64,000 nucleotides of DNA from Promethearchaeota archaeon (GTDB lineage Archaea > Asgardarchaeota > Lokiarchaeia > Sigyniarchaeales > SOKP01): positions 28,544 to 92,543 of the forward strand of contig JAHLWP010000012.1 in NCBI GenBank assembly GCA_019057865.1, given 5' to 3'. Shown here piece after piece: positions 28,910-39,756 of the stretch. Both the position numbers and the translations under genes were made by a program. Below the pieces are notes generated by a model. That model was not told the DNA's origin and did not search any database. It worked only from the letters and a program-made list of their open reading frames with translations. Each line of letters opens with the position of its first letter. Position 1 is the first letter of the stretch.

Positions 28910-29003
28910 ACAAAATCAGATTATAATTTCTCAAAAAGAAGAAAAATCGCTTAGATTTATATTCTTAAAATTTCTAAGATCATTATAACCTATATTAATT
29001 TAT

Positions 29004-30671
29004 GTGGTATTAATGGCCGAAGAAAGTACACAAGAAGAAAAACCTGTAGGTAGATTAACTGGAAAAACAACAACTCATACCGTTACAGTGGTATTTGAAG
29101 GTCCTTCAGTTGAAAGGAATAACTATTTAGTGGTTTATGGTGAAAAAGATAAAGAAGGGAAAAAACAATATTTTGTAATGTACATTACAGACATGTGGAC
29201 TGATGAGAAGGGACGTATGGCAAAATTGGGAGTATTAGGAGAAAGACCAACAAAACCTTTTGAAATTGGCTCAGATGTCTTCATGGCTAAGGAAGAACAA
29301 ATTTCAAAGATTTTAGGAATCTTCAACCCACCAGGAGAATCTCTCTCTTTGGGAAAGCTTATTGGTTATCCTTATGAAGTCTACTTATTAATAAAGAATT
29401 TTGGCAGAATTTTTATTACAGGAAAGTCAGGTTCAGGAAAATCCTACACTATGGGCGTGCTATGTGAAGAGTTTCTTAAGAAGGGAATTCCTGTTGTAAT
29501 ATTAGATAGACATGGAGAATATGGTAGCTTAAAGGTTGTTGCTGAAGATACTGGAGAAGGTGAAAGCGAATTTGTAGATAGCATAATTGAATTTTCTGAT
29601 TTAAAGAAAAATAAAGGTGGAGATATTGATATAGAGTACTTATTTTCATTAAAACCCTCAGATATTATTGCGCCTAATCTTTGTACTGTAGTTAATTTGA
29701 ATGGTTTAGCTTTAGAAGTTCAAGAGTCTATAGCAGGTAAACTTTTAAAAAAGTTATATGAAGCAAGTACAACAAGAAGTATTCCTCCTTTCTACTTGTT
29801 TTTGGATGAAGCTCACTTATTTGCTGGAAAAAAGCAGACTGAAACCTGTGAAGTTGTTAAATTATTTGCTCAAGAGGGAAGAAAATTTGGAGCTAATATT
29901 ATTATAGGAACACAACGTCCACAATTATTAGACACTACAATAAGAGCTCAAGCCGGAACTTGGGTTGTTCACAATCTTTCTGATATAAGAGACATTGGAA
30001 TTACTATCTCAAGTGCTGAAGATTTAAGTAATGATAATAAATCAGATATTTCCGGTTTGGATAAAGGACAAGCCATAATCTGCGGGGAAGCAGTTAAAGG
30101 TATCCCCCTCTTTGTTAAGATAAGAAAAAGACGTACAAGACATGGAGGTGTAAGCTTTAATCCTCTAGACTTCCTTTCAGGTCAAACTGTAGAGGAATTG
30201 CAGAAAAGAAAGCAGAGACTTTTAGGAGGAAAGTCAGCAGATGAATTAGAAACAGGAAAATCAATTTATCAAGAAATGATGGAACCAAAAACTTCAGGAG
30301 ATTATTTAGAAGAGATTGCTGAATTAAAAGTTAGAATAAGAGAATTAGAGGATGAAGTATCTAGATTAAAACAAAAGGTAGCTGATGTAAAAGAAGGAAA
30401 GGAACTACCACTCGAAGCAACCGATGATGTAATACAAGAATTACAAACAGAAATAGATGTATGGAAAGAGAAATATAAATACCTAAAGGAAATGGCAGAG
30501 AAAGGAGAAGGAGAAATTGTTCAATTAACAGAAGATAGTGGAGCAATGTTAGATTTAAATAATAAGATCATTGAATTAGAAGCCCAAGTTAAAAAATTTA
30601 AATCACGATACGACGATGCTTTAATCTTGGCAGAGAAATCAATAGCAGAATTGAAAAAGAGAAAAAAATAA
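29004..30671 (+). CDS. HerA/DUF87-family ATPase with C-terminal coiled coil
   Basis: GKSGSGKS, LDRHGEY, LDEAH, EGRKFG, TQRP; heptad-rich last ~130 aa. Confidence 0.85.
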   Translation: MVLMAEESTQEEKPVGRLTGKTTTHTVTVVFEGPSVERNNYLVVYGEKDKEGKKQYFVMYITDMWTDEKGRMAKLGVLGERPTKPFEIGSDVFMAKEEQISKILGIFNPPGESLSLGKLIGYPYEVYLLIKNFGRIFITGKSGSGKSYTMGVLCEEFLKKGIPVVILDRHGEYGSLKVVAEDTGEGESEFVDSIIEFSDLKKNKGGDIDIEYLFSLKPSDIIAPNLCTVVNLNGLALEVQESIAGKLLKKLYEASTTRSIPPFYLFLDEAHLFAGKKQTETCEVVKLFAQEGRKFGANIIIGTQRPQLLDTTIRAQAGTWVVHNLSDIRDIGITISSAEDLSNDNKSDISGLDKGQAIICGEAVKGIPLFVKIRKRRTRHGGVSFNPLDFLSGQTVEELQKRKQRLLGGKSADELETGKSIYQEMMEPKTSGDYLEEIAELKVRIRELEDEVSRLKQKVADVKEGKELPLEATDDVIQELQTEIDVWKEKYKYLKEMAEKGEGEIVQLTEDSGAMLDLNNKIIELEAQVKKFKSRYDDALILAEKSIAELKKRKK

Positions 30672-30799
30672 ATAGTAATTGAGAAGATCCTTATAATTTA
30701 ATTTTTTTCAAAATTTTTTACCTATTTCTAAAATTAGATTAATTAGTTTTAATTATCTCAAATTATTTAAGTTCTTAATAAACTCAATTTCTTTTAATC

Positions 30800-31882
30800 A
30801 TGAAGAGTGAAATATTAAATATTGAAAATATTAAAGCCTTACAGCGAAAATTATCCTCCTTATTTGGTGTTTCGGGATTTGAAGAAGATGTAAGTAGCTT
30901 TATCCTTAGTGAAATTGAGAGTAAAGGATTAGCGGATAAAGCTTGGATTGATCCATTAGGGAATGTTCTTGCTGTAAAAAAAGGAAATGATGGTCAGAAA
31001 AGAATCTTGTTAGATGCTCATACTGATGAAATAGGGTTCATGATTTCTCATATTGAAAAGACGGGTTTCCTAAGATTTGTTCCAATCGGTAGCTGGGATA
31101 CTAGAATATTATTAGGACAAACAGTTATCATAAGATCTGAATCTGGTGAAGTTATTCACGGAATCATTGGTTCTAAACCTCCACATCTTACTTCAGTAAA
31201 TGAACGAAAAAAGATTGTAGAAATTAATAATTTGTATATTGATATAGGAATGGGCTCCAAAGATGAGGTATTAAATGGTAACATTAATATTGGTACTGTA
31301 GGTACCCTTTATTCTCCCTTTGAAGAATTTCCAAATAATATGGTTCGAGGAAAAGCATTTGACGATAGAACGGGGTGTAATGTACTTCTACATATAATGA
31401 TGCTATTAAAAGAGAAATCTGAAATTAAAGATACTACATTATTTAATTTTGCTGTACAAGAAGAAAGAGGAAGAGTTGGAGCTATAACAGGCGCTTTTAA
31501 TCTTAATCCAACCATGGGACTTGCGATTGAAAATACTACGGCTGCAGATGTGCCTGGTATCAAAGAATCTGAAATCCCTGTATACATCGGAAAAGGTCCA
31601 GCCATTACAGTTGCTGATAAATCAATTATCTCAAGTCCTAAGGTAAATAGAAGGCTTATTAAAAATGCTGAGCATGAAAAAATTCCATTCCAAATAAAAA
31701 AACCGATGTATGGTTATACTGACGCTGGAAGAATTCAAGTTACTCGGGAAGGTGTACCAAGTTCAGTAGTTTCTGTACCTTGTCGATATATTCATTCATC
31801 TACTTCCTTATTAAAGCTTGAAGATATATATGAAACAATTCGGTTGATTGATGTATTTATAAGAAACCCAGTGAATTTTTAA
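30800..31882 (+). CDS. M42 family aminopeptidase (TET-like)
   Basis: AHTDEIG, KAFDDR, VQEE, RYIHS. Confidence 0.92.
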   Translation: MKSEILNIENIKALQRKLSSLFGVSGFEEDVSSFILSEIESKGLADKAWIDPLGNVLAVKKGNDGQKRILLDAHTDEIGFMISHIEKTGFLRFVPIGSWDTRILLGQTVIIRSESGEVIHGIIGSKPPHLTSVNERKKIVEINNLYIDIGMGSKDEVLNGNINIGTVGTLYSPFEEFPNNMVRGKAFDDRTGCNVLLHIMMLLKEKSEIKDTTLFNFAVQEERGRVGAITGAFNLNPTMGLAIENTTAADVPGIKESEIPVYIGKGPAITVADKSIISSPKVNRRLIKNAEHEKIPFQIKKPMYGYTDAGRIQVTREGVPSSVVSVPCRYIHSSTSLLKLEDIYETIRLIDVFIRNPVNF

Positions 31883-31940
31883 CTATTAAAAAAGGTTTAA
31901 GAGAAATAAATAAATAAAATGCAATTTCATTCTTCAAATT

Positions 31941-33176
31941 TTACTTGTAGAGATCTTTTTCTAAAGAATAAGTTATTAAGATGAACATTCCTGAAATTCC
32001 AAATAATACAACTGAAGTTAATATTAGAAATTCCATTACTACAAAAGAATAGAATAAATAGCTCATTGGAACAAATATGATTTTAGCCAAAGAGGTATAG
32101 GTCTGAAGAAATTGAAATTTATATGTTTTATACTTCTCATTTTTAGAAATATCAGTAATAAAAGAAGTATATGAGAAAATAGCCAAGCTTGCTGTAAAAG
32201 AAAGCCCAAAATTTATAATTAAAATCAACACGAAATTTGAAACTGTTAAGGAGCCCATCAATAGCATATATGAAATTATACCAATAAACATCAATTTTCT
32301 CTTATCATACTCCTTTCCATTATTGCCTTTTTTAAGATCTAATTTATAGGCAATAATATTGCCTAAAAGTGCCCCTATTGGAAAAATTAATAATAAAAAA
32401 CTATATACTCTAAAAGATGATTCTCCAAATTTATTTAAAACCCATGAACTAAATAGATAAAGGAATAATAAATCGGAACTTCCAAGAAAAAATGCAATAT
32501 ATATAATTAACATAATAGGATTTTTATTATTCAGAGAATTAATTTTACTAGATTCTTTTATACTATAAGTAGGGGAGAGTAGTTGTATTTTACTATTTAA
32601 AGCAACACTTATTATAATAAAGATAATCATTACTGAAAAACAAAGAAAAAAGAAAATATGCCATAACGTCAACAATGATATTTTAACTATAATAACTTGA
32701 AAAAGTATTGATGTCGTTAGATAAGCTATAATTGTAGTGATTCTGAGAATTAAAATAATAGTTTGTTTAACAGAGGGAAATTCTTGAGAAATTCGTAAAT
32801 AAAGATTACTCATTACTGTTCTGATTAAGAAAATTGAAAAAAGTGAAAGAAAAGTAAATAATCCGAATAAATATAGTGATTCCTTATAAAAAATAAATAT
32901 TAAAATACTTCCACTCAAAATTAGACAACAAATATAGAATAAAAGTTTACTTTGAACTTCTTTTTTAAAATATCTATCATAAAAATAGCCAAATAAAGGA
33001 GACATGAATAAGGGTAAGTATGGGAATATTTGTACTAAAGCTAATTCTTTAGGATCTACTTTTAAAACATCTAAATAAAATAAAGGGATAAAATAGAGAA
33101 AAATTACTTGATACATGGTAATAACGAAATATATCAGAAAGAAGCTGAGATAAACTTTGTTTTTATGTAAATTCAT
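31941..33176 (-). CDS. MFS-type transporter
   Basis: About 12 TM helices, GYFYDR motif-A variant. Confidence 0.7.
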   Translation of the reverse strand: MNLHKNKVYLSFFLIYFVITMYQVIFLYFIPLFYLDVLKVDPKELALVQIFPYLPLFMSPLFGYFYDRYFKKEVQSKLLFYICCLILSGSILIFIFYKESLYLFGLFTFLSLFSIFLIRTVMSNLYLRISQEFPSVKQTIILILRITTIIAYLTTSILFQVIIVKISLLTLWHIFFFLCFSVMIIFIIISVALNSKIQLLSPTYSIKESSKINSLNNKNPIMLIIYIAFFLGSSDLLFLYLFSSWVLNKFGESSFRVYSFLLLIFPIGALLGNIIAYKLDLKKGNNGKEYDKRKLMFIGIISYMLLMGSLTVSNFVLILIINFGLSFTASLAIFSYTSFITDISKNEKYKTYKFQFLQTYTSLAKIIFVPMSYLFYSFVVMEFLILTSVVLFGISGMFILITYSLEKDLYK

Positions 33177-33322
33177 TCCTCTTCTCTTCCCATTATCATT
33201 ATTTTTAATTTTTAAATACTCTTTTTAAACTCCAATTTTTGTTTATAATTGAATATAGCTTTATATTATCGAGAATTTCCTTAGCAGGATAATTATACTC
33301 ACATTGTTAAAAAAATATAGGA

Positions 33323-33348
33323 TGTAAAATTCGAAACCGAATTTTACA
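33323..33348. repeat. Perfect 11-bp inverted repeat with 4-nt loop (terminator or operator)
   Basis: TGTAAAATTCG-AAAC-CGAATTTTACA between two MFS genes. Confidence 0.6.
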
Positions 33349-33601
33349 ATCATCAATAACAACTTCCATAATATATTTTACACTTTATGGAATTGTTTCT
33401 CCACCAAATATTGAGGACATGAGTAATATACCCCTTTCTTGTTATCCAACGTGTAGGTAAAATTATCTACGAATATTTATTCTATAGTTTATATAAAAAG
33501 TGAACGAAAAAAAGGAAAAGTATCCAGAGAAGAGGAGTTTTAGACTAATGTATTTCAATATAAATGCAAAAAATAGAAAAAAGGAATGAACTTATGTTTA
33601 A

Positions 33602-34894
33602 CTATATACTTTTATTTTTAGGGGGTTTAATAAGAAATGCTAAAATTGCTGCGCCAATAGACATAATTCCCATGACAATAAAAAGGATCAAATAACTTCC
33701 GAATACTGATACAAACGCATTCACCATAGTTGCCCCTATAAATCCTGCAATTCCATAGGCAGTAAATACTATTCCATAGTTAGGTCCTAAATTTTTAGTA
33801 CCAAATAAATCAGCAGTCGCCGTTGGAAACAAAGAAAAGTTACCTCCGAAGCAAAAATAAATAGCACATGTCATTATTAGAAAATAAACGACATTCTCGT
33901 TTGTTGTAAAATATAGAAACATCAAAATCGCTTGAGTTGTAAACAATAATAGCATTGCTTTCTTATAAGTGATTAAATCAGCTAATTGTCCCCAAATAAT
34001 TCTTCCAGCTCCGTTAAATAATGCTGCTAAACTTCCAATTAACACAAAATCAGCAGTTCCAATAACATAAATAAGATCACCTATATCATTTTCTGATTTA
34101 GCAAAAGCAGCATAGGATCCAATAACCAGTAAACCTGATATTGCGCTTAATACGAATGTTGCCCAAAGCATCCAAAATTGGGGCAATTTAACTGTTTTGC
34201 TCCTTTCAAATTCAATTCCAGAAATTCCACTTTCTTCTGAAGGTGGTGGAGGACTCCATCCCTCAGGTTTCCAATCTTCTGGGGGGTTGCTTAAAGTCAT
34301 TGCTCCTCCAATAATTAAAACTATGTAAATTAATCCTAATACAACAAACATAAGTGGAATATTTTTTGAGATTTCTGATACAAAATTTAGATCATCAGTC
34401 TCTAAATTCTTTGGGTTTGCTAAAGCTTTTATTACGTAATTAAAGATAAATGAACCAGCTCCAAATCCCGCAACAGCAATCCCATTAATTAATCCTTTTT
34501 TATCTGGAAACCATTTATTTGCTGATGCAATAGGACAAACATATCCAAATCCTATACCTGCTCCAAAGATAATACCATAAGTAATAAACAATCCAATAAA
34601 TGTAGTCATTGCTGCTGATGTTATAACACCAATTCCAATTAAGATACCTCCAAGGATTGCTATTTTTTTGGGACCATATTTCTGTTGTAACTGTCCAGCA
34701 AAAATCATAGTAATCGCAAAAGATAATAAACCGATTCCGAAAACAAAGACAGTTAATTCCCTTGCTTCATCTAGGTAAGGGCTAACAAATATCGTTAGAG
34801 TACCCCATGAATAGATCGTTCCAAGAGCCAATTGGATGAGTATAGCACCTATTACAATAATCCATCGATTCCTAACTTTCTTTTCTGTAACCAT
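33602..34894 (-). CDS. OFA (oxalate/formate antiporter) family MFS transporter
   Basis: KWFPDKKGLINGIAVAGFGAG, FNGAGRIIWG, FGTKNLGPNYG. Confidence 0.9.
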   Translation of the reverse strand: MVTEKKVRNRWIIVIGAILIQLALGTIYSWGTLTIFVSPYLDEARELTVFVFGIGLLSFAITMIFAGQLQQKYGPKKIAILGGILIGIGVITSAAMTTFIGLFITYGIIFGAGIGFGYVCPIASANKWFPDKKGLINGIAVAGFGAGSFIFNYVIKALANPKNLETDDLNFVSEISKNIPLMFVVLGLIYIVLIIGGAMTLSNPPEDWKPEGWSPPPPSEESGISGIEFERSKTVKLPQFWMLWATFVLSAISGLLVIGSYAAFAKSENDIGDLIYVIGTADFVLIGSLAALFNGAGRIIWGQLADLITYKKAMLLLFTTQAILMFLYFTTNENVVYFLIMTCAIYFCFGGNFSLFPTATADLFGTKNLGPNYGIVFTAYGIAGFIGATMVNAFVSVFGSYLILFIVMGIMSIGAAILAFLIKPPKNKSI

Positions 34895-35055
34895 TGTTTT
34901 AAACCTAAATAATTTACTGTGTGTGAAAATTCTTAGAAGATTAAAAATTTTGTATTAATATTTTATTAATAATAATGCTAAAACTTTTTCGAAAATAAAT
35001 GAAATCACTATTTACTTTTTTGTATGATTAATCCGAAAAAAATTAACATTAATTA

Positions 35056-36807
35056 ATGGTAAAATCTAATAATATAACTACCAATTTTTCAAAAACTATT
35101 GTTTATGGAACTAAAATGAATCGCATTGAAATTTCGAAAAAACATTTAGTTTTGATTTTCCTTTTTTTATTAATTTTCATTGTAGGAACAATACTAATCT
35201 TTATAACTCCGACAAGTATAAAAATTATTTATGGGCGAAGTGTCAAAACATCCGATGGTGAAACAATTTCATTTAATGTACTTGAGCCAAAAAGAGGAGG
35301 ATCTAATAAAAAGGCAGTAATTATAGGGCATGGTATCATGTCAAATAAAGAAATGATGAAAGGTTATGCAATAGAATTAGCTGCTGCAGGATTTGTGGCT
35401 ATACCTTTCGATTTCAGAGGGCATGGGCAAAGTTCAGGTGAACTTGATAGGGATAGATTAATAAATGATGTGCAAGCAATCTTATCTTATGTAAATTCTA
35501 GAGCTGATATCAATTCAAGTGCTCTTGGATATTTAGGATTCTCTATGGGTGGATTTCCGGGAATAGAGATTGTGAATCAATCAACAAATTTTAAATGCTT
35601 TGTTGGAGCTGGAACAAGACTTCCAACTAACGTAAGACTAGGAAATTATTCTGAACCATTGAATATTTTGATGATTTTAGGGCGTTATGATGAAGTAATC
35701 ACGATTGAAGAACTGAAAGAAGGATTATCAGATCGAGTGGGTTTACCCTCTGCCGATATTGATGTAAATAAATTATACGGGAGTTTTCAAGATGGAAACG
35801 CTTCAATGATATATTTAGATGATACAACTAATCATGTTTTAGGAATTTGGGACCCAGATTTCATTAGAGAAGCAAGAAATTTTATAATGAATACATTTCC
35901 TAATGTGAAAGCTGTTGATGAGAACTTTTTTGTAAACATTAGATTTCTAATCCTTGTTCTACAAATTATCGGAGGAATTGGCTTTTTCTTTCTTATTACT
36001 TCACCTCTTTCTAAGTTCATATTAAATTCTAAACAAAATGATAGAGTGACTATAGAATTAGAAAATGAATCGGTGAATACTACCATTATAAAAACGATAT
36101 CTTATAGTATTGTCCTTGGTATACCCGGAGTAATCATATTCATTCCAATCTTAATGGTTTTACCTTTAGCTATAGCTGGATTTGTTTCAGCACTTTTATT
36201 CGGTCAAATGTTTGGAATATTAATTTTACTATGTAGACTTGGAAAAAAAGAGAATTTAACCTTATTAAATATCATTAAAAAACCATTTAATACTTCAAAA
36301 GAAAAACTAGTTAAACAAATATTTTTAGGTGCAATTTTAGCTGTTATTTATTATGTAATTCTATATCTATCAATTGGATTAAATTATTTAGGTATGGTTC
36401 CCGCTCTTATGAAAATGCTTTGGGTGCCAATATATTTTATGATTTTCTTCTTCATATTCATTATATTAGGGCTGCTATTTCACAGTGTCCTCCAAAACAA
36501 AGTTGGATCAGGTCTTCGGAACTTTATTAAAGTATCACTAATGATTTTTGGATTTTTCTTTTTATACATGTTTAGCTATTTATTTATCCTAGCTATTATT
36601 ATGAATAGTTTCTTTTATTTTGGATCCTTTTTGCCAATTGCTATTCCAATTTTTCTATTAACTGCTTTCAGCTCAACTCTCATATACCAGAAATCAGGGA
36701 ACGTTATCGCAGGCGCTATTGTACATTCTCTTTTCTTAACGCTAGTGATTTGTACATTATCTCCATATCAGAATGGATTAAGCTTTATATTAGGATTTTT
36801 TCATTAA
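35056..36807 (+). CDS. Alpha/beta hydrolase fused to a multi-pass membrane domain
   Basis: HG, DFRGHGQS, GFSMGG nucleophile elbow; C-terminal ~8 TM helices. Confidence 0.8.
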   Translation: MVKSNNITTNFSKTIVYGTKMNRIEISKKHLVLIFLFLLIFIVGTILIFITPTSIKIIYGRSVKTSDGETISFNVLEPKRGGSNKKAVIIGHGIMSNKEMMKGYAIELAAAGFVAIPFDFRGHGQSSGELDRDRLINDVQAILSYVNSRADINSSALGYLGFSMGGFPGIEIVNQSTNFKCFVGAGTRLPTNVRLGNYSEPLNILMILGRYDEVITIEELKEGLSDRVGLPSADIDVNKLYGSFQDGNASMIYLDDTTNHVLGIWDPDFIREARNFIMNTFPNVKAVDENFFVNIRFLILVLQIIGGIGFFFLITSPLSKFILNSKQNDRVTIELENESVNTTIIKTISYSIVLGIPGVIIFIPILMVLPLAIAGFVSALLFGQMFGILILLCRLGKKENLTLLNIIKKPFNTSKEKLVKQIFLGAILAVIYYVILYLSIGLNYLGMVPALMKMLWVPIYFMIFFFIFIILGLLFHSVLQNKVGSGLRNFIKVSLMIFGFFFLYMFSYLFILAIIMNSFFYFGSFLPIAIPIFLLTAFSSTLIYQKSGNVIAGAIVHSLFLTLVICTLSPYQNGLSFILGFFH

Positions 36808-36965
36808 TTATACTTTTTTTTCTTTTTTGGTAAACATATAATTTTTCAGTTTAGACTTAAAAATATAATAGTAATTATCTTACTAAATCGTATACCAATA
36901 AAATCTAAAATAAAAATCTAAAAGTTACTATAAAATTATTGGCAGAAATTTAGAACTTAGTAAAA

Positions 36966-38006
36966 ATGTCGCAAGAACAAATATTATGTATTTCGTATTT
37001 TGGCGATGTAATAGGACCAAATACTTTATATTGTAGCGCTATTGAGTTGGACTCAATAGAAACTCCTGATTTAGGGAGAATTCTTGAATTTAATGAAGAA
37101 CCAGGAACATTTATATTTGCTTATCGAAAGTATCAGACTGTAAATCATATCTTTTATATTGACTCAAAACTGGCTCGAGGAGGCAAAGACCTTATGATGA
37201 TCTCATACCTTATTAGGACAGCTATTTTTAAAGATGAAATAGTAGATGTTTTTAAATATTTAGATTCAAAAGCACCTATATTGGAAGAATTTGCTTCTGA
37301 AATCAAAAAACTGAAAGAAATTTCAAGGTTATTACATGCTGAAAAAAGTGCAGTTTCAAGTGAGAGTATCCTTGATCTAGCCAATGATACACTAAAAAAA
37401 GAATTTTTAAGAATTTTTAATAAATATTATAGAAAATTAACTCCAAGATTCCAATTTGAGCCTCCCTTAAAGGGTAAGCAACAAATTAAAAAAATCTTTA
37501 TAATTGGAGCTCCAAAAGCGGGAAAAAGCACTTTTTTGAAAAATATTGAATTAATTCAATTTTTGAATGTAAAAAACAATGATATACCTACACGGATTCT
37601 TGAAGTTTTAATCGAGAATTTGGAAATTTTACATTATAATGATGCTAAAAAGGAATTCAAATGTAAACTCTTTGATAATATTGATGACATGATTAAAAAT
37701 GCTCAAGGATTTATTGTACTAGCAAATATTACAGATAAAAGATCAATAGATATAACAAAGAAGCTTTTTAATATCATTAAAGATAAATGTACAGAATTAA
37801 TAAATGAAAAAATACCACCCGTTTTAATAGTTGGTAATAAATTCAAGAATAAAGAAAAGTACAATATCGAATATATTTCCCAAATTTTTAAATTAAAAGA
37901 TTTGCAACAAAAGGGTGTGAAAGTTAAATATCAGCCGCTAAATGTAATGACCGACGATGATGAGGTTATGAAAGCACTACGATGGCTAATAAAAAGCTTA
38001 TTATAA
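36966..38006 (+). CDS. Longin/uDENN-like domain fused to an atypical small GTPase domain
   Basis: N-terminal CISYFGDVIGP; P-loop GAPKAGKST; IVGNKF. Confidence 0.6.
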   Translation: MSQEQILCISYFGDVIGPNTLYCSAIELDSIETPDLGRILEFNEEPGTFIFAYRKYQTVNHIFYIDSKLARGGKDLMMISYLIRTAIFKDEIVDVFKYLDSKAPILEEFASEIKKLKEISRLLHAEKSAVSSESILDLANDTLKKEFLRIFNKYYRKLTPRFQFEPPLKGKQQIKKIFIIGAPKAGKSTFLKNIELIQFLNVKNNDIPTRILEVLIENLEILHYNDAKKEFKCKLFDNIDDMIKNAQGFIVLANITDKRSIDITKKLFNIIKDKCTELINEKIPPVLIVGNKFKNKEKYNIEYISQIFKLKDLQQKGVKVKYQPLNVMTDDDEVMKALRWLIKSLL

Positions 38007-38138
38007 AATCTTAATGATTTTTGTTGTTTCAAAATCCAGAGATAAGCCCTAACAAATCTTATAAATCATTAAGAATATAATAAATAAAAATAGATCGTTA
38101 TTCATAAATTAAATATCAAGTGAATAATAGTTAGAAAA

Positions 38139-38489
38139 ATGGCACTAAAAGGAATTTTATGGAGTATAGTTTTTTTCCTTACAGCAGCTATCTATAGCGC
38201 AATTCCTACATACTTAATTGTGCGTTTTTGGGCATGGTTGAATACCTTTCCAATTTATACTCTATCCCTCCTGATGTTATTTTTATGGATTGTCAGTCTA
38301 ATAGTCGTATTAATTTATATTGTTGCTATGATTCGAGCAATTATTCAGAGAAAGAATGAAGAAGGTCTAGGCATTCCTAAAGGTGTAAAAGGTTTTGGAT
38401 TAGTTTCCACAGCAATATCACTGTTGTTTATGTTAGTTTGGTTTATTATTTTTGATCAAATTGCTTTTTTTGTAATGGCTCCTCCTTAG
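38139..38489 (+). CDS. Small 3-TM membrane protein, unknown function
   Basis: Three hydrophobic segments, clean ORF. Confidence 0.7.
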   Translation: MALKGILWSIVFFLTAAIYSAIPTYLIVRFWAWLNTFPIYTLSLLMLFLWIVSLIVVLIYIVAMIRAIIQRKNEEGLGIPKGVKGFGLVSTAISLLFMLVWFIIFDQIAFFVMAPP

Positions 38490-38532
38490 AAATTTAAAAA
38501 TCATCGAATTTTTTACCAAATTAATTAAAAAA

Positions 38533-39729
38533 CTAATTAATAGAAATGGGGTATGTTCCATATCTCTTTAATGTATTATGCATTGCTAAAAAGTTTTCAA
38601 GCTTAACAGAGGGATTAATGCTATGGCCAGAACTTAGGATAAATCCTCCTTCTGGAGCAAGCTTTTTGATGAGATTTTTTGTATAGTCTTCTATAAATTT
38701 TGGTTCTTTATCTGCAAGATCTTGTGGAGACACATTACCAACAAAAGCAATTCGATTCTTAAATTTTTCATATAATTCAAAAATGGTATATTTGGGATTT
38801 GCTGTTGTCGGCTCTATTGGATGAATCGCGTCAACTCCTGCATTAACGATATCTTCGAAAATCGGATAAAGATCTCCGCAACTATGTAATATAATTTTTA
38901 CACCTCCCTTATGCGCATTCTTGCAAGCTTCTTTTAACCACGGAAATACATAGGTTCTATAGTTCTTAGGACTCATTAATTGCCCTGTTTTATAGCCATA
39001 ATCATCCATTATAAATATAGCACCATCTTCTCCCCAATCAATAAATAATTTTATTAAGTCCACCACAAACTTTCCATATGTATCAAAAACTTTCTTGATT
39101 GTCTTGGACTTAGTTACTAATTTACTAAATACTGAAAATCCAAAAGTTTGCCAAGTAGGTTCAAAAATACCCCAAATTGCAGGGATGATGGAAACTTTAC
39201 CTTGAGATTCTTTTTCTGCTTTTTTCATTCCTTTAAAGTATTTTTCTCTTCTAGTTGTATTTACTTCTAAGGCTGGAAACGACTCAAATTCTTCAAAACT
39301 TTTAAAGTATCCCTCCTTATAATAGGCTAAATCCATCCCATCAGAAGGATTTTTTCTTAAATCAAAAATTCTTCCATACTCATCTACAAAGTGGGTCTTT
39401 TGACAAATAGTAGGATAGAGAATGTAACCAGTAAATGGTACAATAGCAAGATCAATTCCTATTTTTTTAAATAAATTTAAGTGCCTATTTAAAGTATTCT
39501 TAATATATGATCTCGTTTCCATTGCCATAAGAATCGTTTTAGTTAGCACTCTTGTATCGCCTTTACATAAATCATAAGTATCACTATAACTTTTTACCAT
39601 TCCTTGAAATACATACTCTTCATTAAAGTGTTTACAAATATTAAAATTATCAATAGAGATTTCAAAAGATGGGACTTTATCTGGCTCTTCAAAATCCAAA
39701 GCTAAGCGAATTCTTTCTCTACAATTCAT
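38533..39729 (-). CDS. Uroporphyrinogen decarboxylase (URO-D/MtaA-like) family protein
   Basis: EEPDKVP, DDYG, LHSCG, GNV, GGFILSSGHS. Confidence 0.88.
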   Translation of the reverse strand: MNCRERIRLALDFEEPDKVPSFEISIDNFNICKHFNEEYVFQGMVKSYSDTYDLCKGDTRVLTKTILMAMETRSYIKNTLNRHLNLFKKIGIDLAIVPFTGYILYPTICQKTHFVDEYGRIFDLRKNPSDGMDLAYYKEGYFKSFEEFESFPALEVNTTRREKYFKGMKKAEKESQGKVSIIPAIWGIFEPTWQTFGFSVFSKLVTKSKTIKKVFDTYGKFVVDLIKLFIDWGEDGAIFIMDDYGYKTGQLMSPKNYRTYVFPWLKEACKNAHKGGVKIILHSCGDLYPIFEDIVNAGVDAIHPIEPTTANPKYTIFELYEKFKNRIAFVGNVSPQDLADKEPKFIEDYTKNLIKKLAPEGGFILSSGHSINPSVKLENFLAMHNTLKRYGTYPISIN

Positions 39730-39756
39730 AAAATTTCTACATTAAAGGCTTATTTT

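Noticed and set aside
33323-33353. Minus-strand AUGAU plus stem as a second SECIS
   Set aside because: No GA on the 3' side, no A-rich loop, and no UGA-containing gene upstream.
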